This document shows, piece by piece, positions 13,009 to 25,169 of a stretch of DNA of 63,966 nt. The stretch covers positions 97,343,644-97,407,609 of the forward strand of contig NC_057718.1 of the NCBI RefSeq assembly GCF_004010195.1, given 5' to 3'. Source of the DNA: Chiloscyllium plagiosum. Its lineage: Eukaryota. Numbering within the stretch: the first letter of the stretch is position 1; every line of letters begins with the position of its first letter. A program made the translations under genes and the position numbers. The notes under the pieces are model-generated. The model was given only the letters and a program-made list of their open reading frames with translations, had not been told where the DNA came from and ran no database searches.

Positions 13009-13969
13009 ACCATGCACTGGTCACAGGTGTGTGTGTGTGTGTGTACTGCCAATGTCCAAGCCTTGAGTACAGCATATAATAACGACGGAACTATTAAAAC
13101 TCATTGTGACATGAAATCTCAGTGCAATTCCACAACTCAAGACTGTATGAACCTTTGGAAGCCAAGGCAACTTGCTTTTCATAAAATCTTTGTCCTTGCT
13201 TATGATTAAGGTCACCTATTCCTTTCCTAAACCCAGTTTAAAGCATCATCCCTTTTCTCATTTTCTGCCTTTCAATTTGGCAGAAAACACAGTTAGATAT
13301 AAAATGGTAAAAAGGAGTTTTATCTACCCCATTTGTCTTAGAAATGTGTCATGCCTATTTGGTGATGTTGCTTAATAGGGGAATTAGTTCATGGTGCATC
13401 CTTTTTTATTGTCTATCAGATGTAAGTCTAACTTTGAATATTTCTGAATCAAAAACGATAGTCAGTGACTCATAGCTTCCACTGCTCAGGAAATATTGCA
13501 AAAGAGTAGGAGGAATTGAAAGACTCAATTCCCTTTATGACACAGGAGAATTGATTCATTTTATTTTCATAGATTTCCTTGACTCTTGCCTGACCCTTTT
13601 AAACCCAAACATGGTACTTGCCAATTGATGCATCAGTTTCAGAGTTGAATTTGAAATCCATGTTGCTGAAGGAGTATTTATTGTTAACTTCCTGATATGC
13701 GTTGCTGGTGAAATGTCCTGTTCATGAATCAGCAGGCACCTGATGCAAAAAACAAAAAATTGCAGCAACTTTGTGTTGATGTACCAATTGCCCAGTTTTT
13801 GATTGGGATTTGTGGATGTGCTGCCACCAATCCTCCTTTCTGGACTTTGTTTGTGTTAAGGCTGAACCACAACTGACTCTTAAGAAGAACAGGCACTTGC
13901 CTTAACAGTAAGATCTAGTATATTGCATGACCACAGTACCACATGTTACGTTGGCTTATTAGGACTTTT

Positions 13970-14269
13970 TAGATTACATTACAGTGTGGAAACAGGCCCT
14001 TCAGCCCAACAAGTCCACATCGACCCGCCGAAGCGTAACCCACCCATACCCCTACATTAACCCCTTACCTAACACTACGGGCAATTTAGCATGGCCAATT
14101 CACCTGATCTGCACATCTTTGGACTGTGGGAGGAAACCGGAGCACCCGGAGGAAACCCACGCAGACACGGGGAGAACGTGCAAACAGTCAGTCGCCTGAG
14201 TCGGGAATTGAACCCGGGTCTCTGGCGCTGTGAGGCAGCAGTGCTAACCACTGTGCCACCGTGCTGCCC
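13970..14269 (-). mobile_element. HE1 SINE, young
   Basis: Full length; very similar to the 9475 copy. Confidence 0.95.
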
Positions 14270-14424
14270 TTTCTTACCTATGTTCACATAGCGTGGATCT
14301 TATCCGGATTGCAAGTTAGATTCCTCTGTTTTACCAGACTATTATATTATCAGAATGAGTGGAGCTGAGTGCAGTCCCAATATTAACCCTTTCAGCACAT
14401 TAGCTTATGTAGAACCTTAGGTCT

Positions 14425-14890
14425 TCTACTGTCATACAGTACGGACACAGACCCTTCGGTCCAACCAGTCCATTCTGACCATAACCCCAAACTAAACTAG
14501 TCCCACCTGCCTGCTCCTGGCTCCTATCCCTCCACAACTTTCCTGTTCATGTCCTTATCCAAATGTCTTTTAAGGATTGGAATTGTACCCACATCATTGT
14601 ATCCTCAGGAAGTTCATTCCACACGCGAGCCACCCTCTGTGTAAAATAATTGCCTCTTGTCTTTTTTTAAATCTCTCTCCTCTTACCTTAAAAATGTGCC
14701 TCCTCATCTTGAAATTCCCCATCTTAGGGGGAAAAAAACAACTACCAACAGCTCTATCTATACCCCTCATTATTTTCTAAGCGTCTATCAGGTCACCTCT
14801 TAACTTCCAGTGAAAAAGTCTCAGTCTATTCAGCCTTTCTTTATAACTCAAACCTTCCATACCCAGGCAACATCCTGGTAAATCCCTTCT
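14425..14890 (-). mobile_element. HER1/CR1 LINE 3' end
   Basis: 'acagacccttcggtccaaccagtcc...caacatcctggtaaatc'. Confidence 0.85.
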
Positions 14891-14989
14891 TCCCCAATAA
14901 AATTCAAAATACCCTGCAATTGTTGCTCTCTGTTTGATGCCCTGAGTGAGTTTGTAGCACAGTGTGGTTTTGCATTGCTACTATGAGTA

Positions 14990-15800
14990 AAGAAAACCTT
15001 GCATTGATGTAGCACCTGCCTTGGATGTTGCAGAGCACTTGACAGCCAATGAAATCCTCTCAGTGTTATAATCTAGGGGAGTGCAGCAGTCAATTTGTGC
15101 ACAGCAAGCTCTCACAAACACTCTTCAGCAGCAGCAGCAGTCCCTCGCAGACAGGAATGATCCTCTGCCACTCTCAGGCTGAGTCCATAGGTGGCTGATG
15201 CAGCTAACATAGGCTCTGTTACACTGGGGCAGGTGGTGGTTGTGGGAAAGGGGTGAGTGCGTCGTCGGTGTGATAGCATGCTCCTTTCAACTGTTTTCGT
15301 CTGGCTTCCACTTTTTCCCGACGGCAGGTCTTGAGATGCTCACAATGATATACTGACCAGATCCCATGCTTTTTGTGATACTGGTCGAGGTATTAGACAG
15401 GACACTAGGGATGACATCGCTCATCTTCAGTGAAATATTGTTATGGGATTTTTATAACTGCCCATATGAATCTTGCTTCGAAAACTCATCCAAAAGATGA
15501 CACGTCCAGCAGTATAGAGCTCTTTCAGCCCTGAGGGACTGTGCTGTATATTATCAGTGGTGGCTCACTTGATTCAACTTTCACCTCAAGTCAGATGGTT
15601 GCTAGTTCAACACTTGCTCAGCAGATTTGAGCACAAGACGTTAGGATGGTGAGGTACTGAGGGAGTGCTGCATTGTCAAAGTTTCTGCCTTTCATAAAAC
15701 AAAGCCCACCCCTTCTCTGTGTCAAATGTCAAAAGATCTCATTTAAAGAAGGATTGGACAACTCTAGTGTCCTTTCCAGTTCTAGCCTTCAGTCATTAAA
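14990..15800. mobile_element. DeuSINE-like relics (- at 14990-15545, + at 15560-15800) with an RTE-type 3' fragment (15125-15340)
   Basis: 'caatttgtgcacagcaagctc', 'gtactgagggagtgctgcattgtc', 'ctcatccaaaagatgacacgtccagcagt'. Confidence 0.55.
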
Positions 15801-16761
15801 TGTCTGTGCAGTAGTACCTATTCAAATAAATCCAAGCAAACAACTTTTATTGTGTTATTTCTCTGTGCAGTTCAACACCAGTGCAATTCAACTGGTTCCA
15901 TTAATTAAAGTCTGTGCTAAATCGCCCATGTTACAAACAGCAAAACTCATTCAGTTGGTGAGGAATTATTGGCAGCTGTAGACAAGCCACATTCAGGTTT
16001 TGCTCAGTGATTCTGAAAAGGATTTGTTTTGCAGTTTTGCATTCTCATGCACTGCAACATAGTCTTGCTTCTGGCCATGTGTCATTTCAGAATGTTATCT
16101 TCAGCACCTTATGGACAAGTATTATTTGAAAGCATCAGATTGTGAAATGGAAACTTTCAACATTTGTTTACCTCACCCCCAATCTCTCTTCACAATTTAA
16201 TGATTTAATTTGACAGCGTTTATTTTAAATGTATTTACTTGTCATATTGCTGCTTTGGTAGAGATAAGCACAATCCCGGTTATTTGCCACTTCAGTCGTT
16301 TACCTGTTAAAATGTTAAATTATCCATTTGACGAGAAAGAGGCTGAGAGATGTATTTATAAAAGGCATTGAGAGACAAACATTACGCTTGCATGTCCAGG
16401 AAAACATAGTGTTTGTTAATGTTTCGGTCTGTCACTTTACAAATGTAGCTGTATTGTCCCAATGAAATTGTCTTTGTGGCAGTCTGATATCTGATCGACA
16501 ATCACTGTTCCAATCTATGATTGTTAAAGCCAAGTACATTGCGTTCCTACCTTTTCCCTGCCAAAAAAATGATTTCCAAACAATTTAAGCAGAAGCACCT
16601 CTATTTAAACCTTTCTGGCATTTATTGCCATGTTTAAATAATAATATTATAGTAGACTCTGTCTCCCTGGTAACAGAGATTAAGTCGGTCTGTTCACAAG
16701 CTTGGTATCGCATCCGGGCCTGAAGAGACCTCCAATCTTATACTCACGCCATCTCAAAGCT

Positions 16762-17096
16762 CACAGAATCCCTACAGTGTGGAAGTGTGCCATTTGGCCC
16801 ATAGAGTCCACACTGACCTTCCCGAGAGCATCCCACCCAGATCTACCACCCCTGCCCTGTCCTTGTATCCCCACATTGCCCATGACTAATCCACCTAGCC
16901 TGCACACCCCTGAATATTATGCTCACTTTAGCATGATAAAACCACCTGATCTGCACATCTTTTTGGACTGTGGGAGGAAACTGGAGCACCCGGAGGAAAC
17001 CCAAGCAGAGAATGTGCAAACTCTACACAGACAGTCACCTGAGGGTGGAATCGAACCTGGATCCCTCGTGCTGGGAGGCAGCAGTGCTAACCACCA
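16762..17096 (-). mobile_element. HE1 SINE
   Basis: V-domain and tail on the minus strand. Confidence 0.9.
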
Positions 17097-17124
17097 TTTC
17101 TTTCTACATTTCATTATAATCGCA

Positions 17125-17570
17125 CGGTGAAAACCCCCATTCACGCCTCTACTAGCCCTGGACTTGACCAATCCAGCACATTGCTGTCTGCCCTGTCACA
17201 TTCCACCCTCCAAAAACCTGAAGTCGCCCAAAGCTCGGCTGCCCCCGTGTCTTAAGTGGCCTCAAGTCCCCATTCTCTTTTCATCCCTGTACTCCCGGAG
17301 CCAAACTGACTCCTCATCAAAGCATCATCGTGCAATTAAAACTCCTACCTCTGCTATCAAAACTCTTCCTGGGCACACCCTCCAATCCCACAACCCCCCC
17401 TCCCCAAGGTAAATGCATTCCTCTAATTAATCCCAATTTAAATAATACCCCCACTATTGACCCACTCCTTTGGTCATCTAGCTTCTAAAATCCCCTCTGT
17501 ATCTCTCTTTCCTCTTTTAAGGTGATCCTTAAACCCAGCCTTTTTGACCAAGTCTTTAGTTCTGACCTAA
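17125..17570 (+). mobile_element. L2 LINE 3' relic
   Basis: Decayed 'IHAF.TSRLD.SN.LL..LP.STL.KL...Q.SAA...PVL..L.WL' region. Confidence 0.65.
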
Positions 17571-17594
17571 TAACTCCTCGTGGAGCTCGGTGTC

Positions 17595-18365
17595 ATAAAT
17601 TCATAAGATGTAGGAGCCGAATTAGACCATTCGGCCCATTGAGTCTGCTCTGCCAGTCAATCATGGCTGATATGCTCCTCACCCCCATTTTCTTGCCTTC
17701 TCCCCATATCCCTTCAACCCATCACCAATTAAAAATCTGCCTAACTCCTCCTTAAATTTACTCACTGTCCCAGCAGCCACCGCAGTTTGGGGTAGGGAAT
17801 TCCACAGATTCACAACCCTTTGGGAGAAGTATTTTCTCCTCAGCTCTGTTTTAAATTTGCTCACCCCTCATCCTAAGACTATAACCTCTCACCCTAGAAT
17901 GCCCACAAGAGGAAGCACCCGCTGCATGTCTATTTTATCCACACCTATCATCATCATGAATACCTCGATTTGATCTCCTCTTATTCTTCTAAATTCCAGG
18001 GAGTACAGGCCTAACCTTAGGGGTGGCATGATGGCTCAGTGGTTAGCACTGCTGCCTTACAGCAGCAGCGACCTGGATTCGATTCCCACCTCAGGCAACT
18101 ATCTGTGTGGAGTTTGCACATTTTCCTCGTATCTGTGTGGGTTTCCTCTGGGTGCTCCGGTTTCCTCCCACAATCCAAAGGTGTGTAATTCAGGTGAATT
18201 GGCCGTGCTAAATTGCCCGTCGTGTTCGGTCCAGTTGTCAGGGGTAAATGTAGGGTAGGGGAATGGCTCTGGGTGGGTTGCTCTTCGGAGGGTCGGTGTG
18301 GACTTGTTGGACTGAATGGCCTGTTTCTATACTGCAGGGAATATAAACTGTTCGATCTCTCTGTG
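17595..18365 (-). mobile_element. CR1 LINE 3' end containing an HE1 insertion
   Basis: ORF FKTELRRKYFSQRVVNLWNSLPQ. Host resumes after HE1 at 'actgttcgatctctct'. Confidence 0.85.
18020..18342 (+). mobile_element. HE1 SINE
   Basis: Full head, V-domain and tail. Confidence 0.9.
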
Positions 18366-18759
18366 GCCAGGGTGGCGGGTGCAGACCCGAATAGGCTTGG
18401 TCGTGATGATGCCACTAAGCAACACGTAATTGGCTGAGACCTGCCTCCCAGGCTACACACCTGGAGTCACCGTTTGTACTAAGGGTCAGAGCAGATTAAC
18501 ACTGATATTTCGAGGAGGCAATTGGCAAAAGTTGGAAGAGAAAATAAAGCACAGGGCTTTAGTATTTATTCCATTGTGGACAAGAACAGAGAAACACCAC
18601 TCCTCCCCCCATCCCTCCAATCCGTCCATCCACCCCCACTCCTGCCTTTATGTTCCCAGTACCATTTTTATTGCAGGGATTTTATAATGTGCAAGTCCCA
18701 TTAGAGAGATGGAGCATTTTGTTAATATATTAAACTGTGGCAGTTGGTGTCTTTAAATA

Positions 18760-19320
18760 GTCACTCTGTCTGTCTCCCTCTGTCTCCCTTTTGTGTCCCT
18801 CTGTCTCCCTCTGTCTCTCTCTCTCTCTGTATCTCTCTGGCTGCCTGCTCTTCTCTATCTCTCTATTTCTCTCTTTCCCTTCACATAACTCTGTCTCTGT
18901 CTCTGTCTCTGTCTCTCTCTCTTCTCTTTCCATTCCCTGGCCCCCAACTGTATGTCTCCAATTCATTCTGTCTCCCTCTCTCTTTTTCTTTCTTTCTCCC
19001 CAACACCACACCCCCATCTGTATGTCTCTTTTTCACTCTGTCTTTCTCTCTCTATCCCTCTCCCCAATCCTATCTCTTTTTTGATCTGTCTCTCCAGCTC
19101 CTCTTGCCTCCCTCCAATTCCTTCTGTGTATGTCTCATTTTTGCTCCCTATTCTTCTCTAGCTTTCTGTCTCTCTCCTTCCACATTTTTCTCTCTCTCTG
19201 TCTCTTCCTCTGTCTGTCCAACTCTCCCTCTGTATCTCAATCAGTCTTATCTCTTTTTATCACCTCTTGATCTGTTTTTCTCCTTCTACATTAGCTCTCT
19301 CTCTTTCAGCTTCTCCTGTA
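18760..19320. repeat. CT-rich low-complexity, degenerate (TC)n/(TCTCTG)n tract
   Basis: Strong pyrimidine bias over ~560 bp. Confidence 0.9.
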
Positions 19321-19556
19321 GTGATTCAGGGATATCTCACTCTTCAATCATTTGGGGAGGTTGAAAGATTTTGAGTCAAAATGTAAAAGCATTTGCCCTG
19401 TAGTAGAAAAGGTTAGTGCCAGTTAACTCAGTGGCTCCTTTGTTGTTTAATGGTACAAGGGAGTTATAGGAAATAAAAGTTACACTCTAGAAAACCGCAT
19501 ATCATTCATTCAGAACACAGTTCACTCAACTGTTTACAAGTACACTTTATGAATAA

Positions 19557-19770
19557 AGTTAAAAATCACACAACACCAGGTTATAATCCAACAGGTCTGT
19601 TTGGAAGCACTAGCTTTCGGAGCGCTGCTCCTTCATCAGGTGATTGTCAATGATGAAGGAGCGTCGCTCCGAAAGCTAGTGCTTCCAAATAAACCTGCTG
19701 GACTATAACCTGGTGTTGGGTGATTTTTAACTTTGTCCACCCCAGACCAACACCGGCTCCTCCACATCGT
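19557..19770. mobile_element. Fold-back Penelope-like terminal-repeat element
   Basis: Inverted arms ~19557-19638 and ~19651-19732 ('aaaaatcacacaacaccaggttata...' / '...tataacctggtgttgggtgatttttaa'). Confidence 0.85.
19608..19642 (-). ncRNA. Minimal type I hammerhead ribozyme motif (PLE-associated)
   Basis: Minus strand: CAC-CUGAUGA-A-GGAGC(AGC)GCUCC-GAA-AGCU-A-GUG. Complete core, 5-bp stem II, palindromic AGCU helix III, CAC/GUG stem I. Confidence 0.7.
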
Positions 19771-20604
19771 GACCTTATGAATAGACACAGCAGCATATGT
19801 GTGATCATAGAATGAAGTACAATAGTGGGTTTATTGGGACATTTTCTGAATTATTGTTCTTCCTTTATACTGCATTTCTAGATATTCCATTCTATTATAC
19901 TCTAGATCCTCTCCACAATTTAATTTGCTACCTGATTTTTTTGACATTAGCAAATTTAGAACCGTACCATTAGTCCTTTAACCCAAGTCTTTTAAATAAG
20001 GTTGAAAAGCTTGAGACCCCAATTCTGATCCATGCAGCAAGACAATCTTTGCATCGTCGCAGCCAGAAAATGATCAATTAATATTCATTCTCTGTTTCCC
20101 CCGTCAATCTTCTATCTGCGCCAACATGTCATCCCCTACACCAGGAGCTTTTACTTCCCACAATAACCTTTCATGTTGCACCCAATTACAAATATGTTCA
20201 GAACGGTAACTCGATTTGGAGGAGAAAAGATTAATTCAGGACCTTGTAATTCATGCAATACTGAGAGATATTGCAAATGCTGGTAAAATTAGTTTTTAAA
20301 TGCGACTGCTGAGGTGTTGTCAGGATTGTTGTCCTTTAGGTTACACTTGAACACGGAATTGTTGAAAAGTAATAATGTTTTATAATTCCCAGACCCTGTT
20401 TCTAGAAGTTCCAATAAGGATGTATTGTGATCTAAATGCGATAACCTTTTGTATAGAAGTACAATTGCTATCATGTGGAGAACATGAATGCAGTTTAATT
20501 CCAATTGTAATATTCCAGGTGAATGAATGTAAAAATGATCCCTTCCAGTTACATTATGCCAGAATGTATTTGCTTAATGACCTAGTGGTATATTACAATA
20601 TGCT

Positions 20605-21295
20605 TGATTTTGATCTTGATTGATTTATTGTCATGTGTACCTAAGTAGTGTGAAAGCTTTGTTTACAAGCAGTACAGTCAGATTATAGTAAGCAAGGCCA
20701 CACAGATCACAGGGTGAAAAAAAAACTAAATAGAGGTATACAAGTCACATCAAACAGAGCGTGTGCACTAGCCAAGATCAATATTAGCAACATCAGCATT
20801 ATTTGAAGTTACAGAGTCCATTCATCACTCTAATAACATCAGGGAAGAAGCTGTTCCTGAACCTTTTGGTGCATGTGTTCGGGCTTCTGTATCTTCTGCC
20901 TGACGGAAGAGGTTGTGGGAGAGCATTACTGAAGTGGCAGGGGTCTTTGATGATGTTGACAGCCTTTCCGCGGCAGCGAGCCATGTAAATGGAGTCTGTG
21001 CGTGGAAGTTTGGCTTCTGTGATGGTCTGGGCTGTACACACCACCCTCTGTAGTTTCTTACGGTCCTGGGCAAAGCAGTTGCCATACCAGGCCGTTATGC
21101 ACTTGTACCATATGCTCTCAGTGGTGCATCTGTAGAAGTTGGTGAGGGTCATTATGGATTTCCTGAGCCACCTGAAGAAGAAGAGGCGTTGTTGTGCCTT
21201 CTTGACCATTTCATCAACATGGGAAATCCAGGACAGGTTGTTGGTTATTGTCACTCTTAGAAACTTGACGCTCTCCACCCTCTCAGCCTCAGCAC
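20605..21295 (-). mobile_element. Rex-Babar LINE 3' end
   Basis: ORF 20799-21365 reads ERVESVKFLRVTITNNLSW...KKAQQRLFF...ITAWYGNC...LPSGRRYRS...RFRNSFFP. Confidence 0.9.
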
Positions 21296-21489
21296 CGTTC
21301 TCCTCCCTTCTTTTTAAAATGTTTGGTGCTTTTGCTGATTGCAGCTGGTACTGCACTGACTGCATTGCTGTATGTACTCAGAATTCCAGCCTCTGCAATC
21401 TAGAGGAACACGTGCAATAGGCACATGGGAGCACCACCAGTTACACCTTGTCCTCCAGATCTCACACTATCCTGCTTTATGCAGCAGAT

Positions 21490-21855
21490 GGCGCCTCGTA
21501 TAGAGCCCAATTGTTGTGTATTCGTGGACACCGCACTGTTCAATTTTGCCCACTTGTGCCTTCCGACTCTTGCCACTCTGCTAACAAGCTCCTCGAGGAG
21601 AGTGATGGTCCTTTCATTGAAGATAACCAGGTTCCCAGCAACCCCTGTCTCTGTACCCTTGCTTTGAAAACAGCAGTGCGTCCTAGAGTTGTCCAAACAC
21701 TGACACAGCATCTAAGGATGCTGTCTTCAAGCTGCCCTGCACCTGGCCTCACCCACATGTGCATTTCAAAATATAACCTTCTTTAGATGTTCAGCAGACA
21801 TAACATGAGGAATGTGACCATGGCATTGGACAACAAAGCATTTAGACAGTGGAGG
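21490..21855 (+). pseudogene. Probable PIF/Harbinger (HARBI1-like DDE) transposase fossil
   Basis: AQLLCIRGHRTVQFCPLVPSDSCHS ~ VQLVCDH..RI..V.A..PGS.HD; GPFIEDNQVPSNPCLCT ~ GWLLGD.GYP..PWL.T; downstream YN...ALDNKA ~ QY...ALHN.A. Motifs are colinear but heavily decayed. Confidence 0.5.
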
Positions 21856-23496
21856 TACATGCTGTTGTCTATCACATCTGTGTTCTGTGTAAGAGAAGGA
21901 ATGATAAATTGTCATGGGAACCATTGCTGAGGATGTTCCTCTTGGCTTTGGCACATGGGGACACTGACAATGGATTGGAGGAATTCAGACGCTTTGGATA
22001 TCAACATGAAACCCAGGCATCAGTGAGAGGAACTCAGCAGAGAAGTGATGTTCCCTGATGGGAAAAGCATTCCTCCCTTCAGAACACCACAGGCACTTCC
22101 TACCAGACAGTTCCTAAGTAAATAGATGCAGACTGCCAGCCAGGCGACTTGAAGTTCGATGTGAATTGAAGAAACAACAAATAAATCAAATACAAATGGA
22201 TAAAAGCACAGTGAAAAGCAATGGGAAGAATCACTTCACATGGAAACCAGACCAGCCATCTTGGGGAGAATTCAACTTGAGAACATTTGTGTTTCAATTT
22301 TAATCACTGGAAGCTTTTGAATTTTCTCAGTGCAGTTTCCCAGTGTAGACCATATAGAGTCTCCTGTTGTATTTTTGTAACGTACTTATTATACATTGGA
22401 AAGGAAGGAAGAAACTTGGGGGATGGGAGTGATTTACAAGAAAGATGAGTATCTTGACTGTATTACATACAGGAAAGTGGGTTGCACATTGAAATCGAAG
22501 AGAGAATGTGTGGAGGGCTGGATGTGAATAACAAAGGAACAATTTAAGGGAAGGCTTTACAAGCGCTTAAGGGAGTCAGGAATTTCAGAGGCTGCTAGGT
22601 TTCAGTGGAGCATAGACATTGACATGGTCTGAATGGCCAGACTCTACGTAATAATCTGTGTCACATTTGCCCAATAGAAATTGGAACAAAGTCAAGTGCA
22701 TAGCGGATGAATGTTATCAGTAACAGGAGGCAGCGGGGATGAAGGAATGGGGACAGAGAATAGAAAAGAAAAATGCCAGGAAGAAATGAAAGAGAAACAG
22801 AGCGTAATAAAGGTGGACCGATAAGGAAAGCAAACTGAAGAGTTAAAATAATGGGAGGTGTCTCTTTAAAGGAATTGAAGAGACGTTTATCCATGTCGTT
22901 CATTTCATTTGAGGGGTCACTGGTTGGAAACGTGAAGACTTTGCTCTTTGTTCGACAGAAATTCCTGAGTGGGTACAGAGACCGTGATGGCTTGAGGAGG
23001 CTGAGTGTAGCCAGCCCCTCCTGCGTGGGAAACCACAAAGGGTAACATTGTGCTGCATAAACCTAGCACCCTTGACAACAGAATGAGTATTCACTTGGTG
23101 CCATCCCACTCAGATGTGATGTCATCCTTGACAGTCAGATAGGCCTTTCATTTTAAAACAAAAAGATTTGACTGATAGTTTTGCAATTAACATATCATTA
23201 TATTGAGGCCCCTATCCCTCCACCAAGTAATATTTGCACCACACGTGTGCTGGGCATGACCCCTTGCAGAAAAAAAGACAACCATCTGCCTTTAACTCAA
23301 TGGCATTACCGTCAATGATTCCCCCCCCGACCCCATCATCAACTTCCTGTGGGCTACCATCAATCAGAACCTAAACTGGACCAGTTAGATCAATACCATG
23401 GTGACAGAGGCAGATTACTAAGGGGTCTTGTGGTGCAGTGGATGTGTCCCTCCCTCTAAACCAGTAGGCTCAAGTTCCACCAGAGTGCGTCATATC

Positions 23497-23825
23497 ATTA
23501 GATTAGATTCCCTACAGTATGGAAACAAGCCCTTTGGCCTAACAAGTCCACACAAACCCTCTGAAGAGCAACCAACCCAGACCCATTCCCCCACCCTATA
23601 TTTATCCCTGACTAATGCACCTCTCACTATGGGCAATTTAGCATGGCCAATTTACCTGACCTGCACATCTTTGGACTGTGGGAGGAAACCAGGGCACCCG
23701 GAGGAAACCCACGCAGACACGGGGAGAATGTGCAAACTCCACACAGACAGTCACCCAAGGCAGGAATCGAACCCGGGTCCCTGGCACTGTGAGGCAGCAG
23801 TGCTAACCACTGAGCCACCGTGCCT
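23497..23825 (-). mobile_element. HE1 SINE
   Basis: Full length. Confidence 0.95.
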
Positions 23826-23858
23826 CAACTGGTTGTTTAAAAATACCTACATTTGATG

Positions 23859-24605
23859 TACAGTCCTTTCTGCTATTACATATGTTTCGTCAACATGAAT
23901 TAATCGTAACGTGATTGATTGAACAGGTGAACGCTGTTTGTAAAACGCAAACTTCCATATACATGTGTTGGCTATCACGTGATTCCATCCCCAACACTTT
24001 AGGTATTGTGGTGTGCAGAGGAATACGATATTTACACCAACAGACTCTCCACATCAACATCGTATGTTCAGTTGGCTCACGTCCCTTGTTGTGAAGTGCT
24101 TTTTGAGAGATACTCCCTAATTTTTGATATTTTTTTACAAATTTGTTGTGTTACCCATCCACTTCTGCATTAACTATTTTTCATCCTAACCCTGTAACTA
24201 CAACTGAATCTGAATGACCCTCAACCCCTGTCTTAATAACTTGGCAACCTGAAAACCACCCTCCTGCCATCCAACAAGTTATCTCCAAATTTTTTCAAGG
24301 TAAATTTACTGTATTATTTCATTATTAGATATGCATTTAACATTTATTTAAATTATGTTATCCTTTGTGTTAGGCCAACTGCTATATTTGTTTTGATTTT
24401 GAATAATATTTTTGGACTGCTCCTCGGATGCTCTTCCAGCACCACTAATCCAGAATCTGGTTTCCAGCATCTGCAGTCATTGTTTTTACCTAATATTTTT
24501 GGTGGTCTGCCCCAAATCTATTTTTTCCAATAGCCGTTATTTTTATTACATGGTTTTCTACAGCGCGAAATCACACTAACTATTGTGTTTTGGAGGACAG
24601 GCTGT
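23859..24605. mobile_element. Possible old pogo/Tigger-like non-autonomous DNA element
   Basis: Begins 'ta|cagtcctttctgctattac' and ends with degenerate '...gacaggctg|tg'. A PLE fragment sits inside at 24415-24490. Confidence 0.4.
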
Positions 24606-24915
24606 GGATAATGTAACTGGGCTAGTAATCCAGAAACTCAGGTTTATGTTCTGGGGGGTATAGGTTCAAATCTCCACAGTGACACGTTCTGAAATTTGAC
24701 AAGTATGTAACCATTGTCCATTGTCTTTAAAAACCCATCCAGTTCACGGAGGCCCTTTGGGAGAGGAACTTTACCAACATCACCTGGTCTGGTGGGTAAC
24801 TCTTTTCTGCCTTCTGAAGTGGCGCTTCCAAGCCTCTTGGATCAAGGAACAATCAATGATGGGGAGCTGGTTCAGTCAGTGATGTCCACATCCCATGAAT
24901 GAATGAGGGAAAAGG
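24606..24915 (+). mobile_element. tRNA-derived SINE (same family as 50240-50555)
   Basis: 'ggttcaaatctccac...aaaacccatc...ccacatcccatgaatgaat'. Confidence 0.65.
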
Positions 24916-25169
24916 TTAAAGGCTGGAATTCTACAGGACATCACGCTGTTCACTATCCATAAAGCAGGAATGATGGAGTATTCACCATTTTCCTGGATTA
25001 GTGTGGCTAATAACACCATCCAAGAAAAAGTAGCGTGTTTGATCTGCATCCCATCCACCAACTCAAACATTTACTCCCTCTACCATTATAATGTCAATGC
25101 AGACAATGAACTGTGGAGACTGTGGTTCATGCATCTAATTCTCTACAGTACTCCGCACTGTATTCCAAC

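Noticed and set aside
18730..19364. 206-aa S/L/F-rich ORF and R/E-rich antisense ORF as genes
   Set aside because: Artefacts of the TC-rich low-complexity tract.
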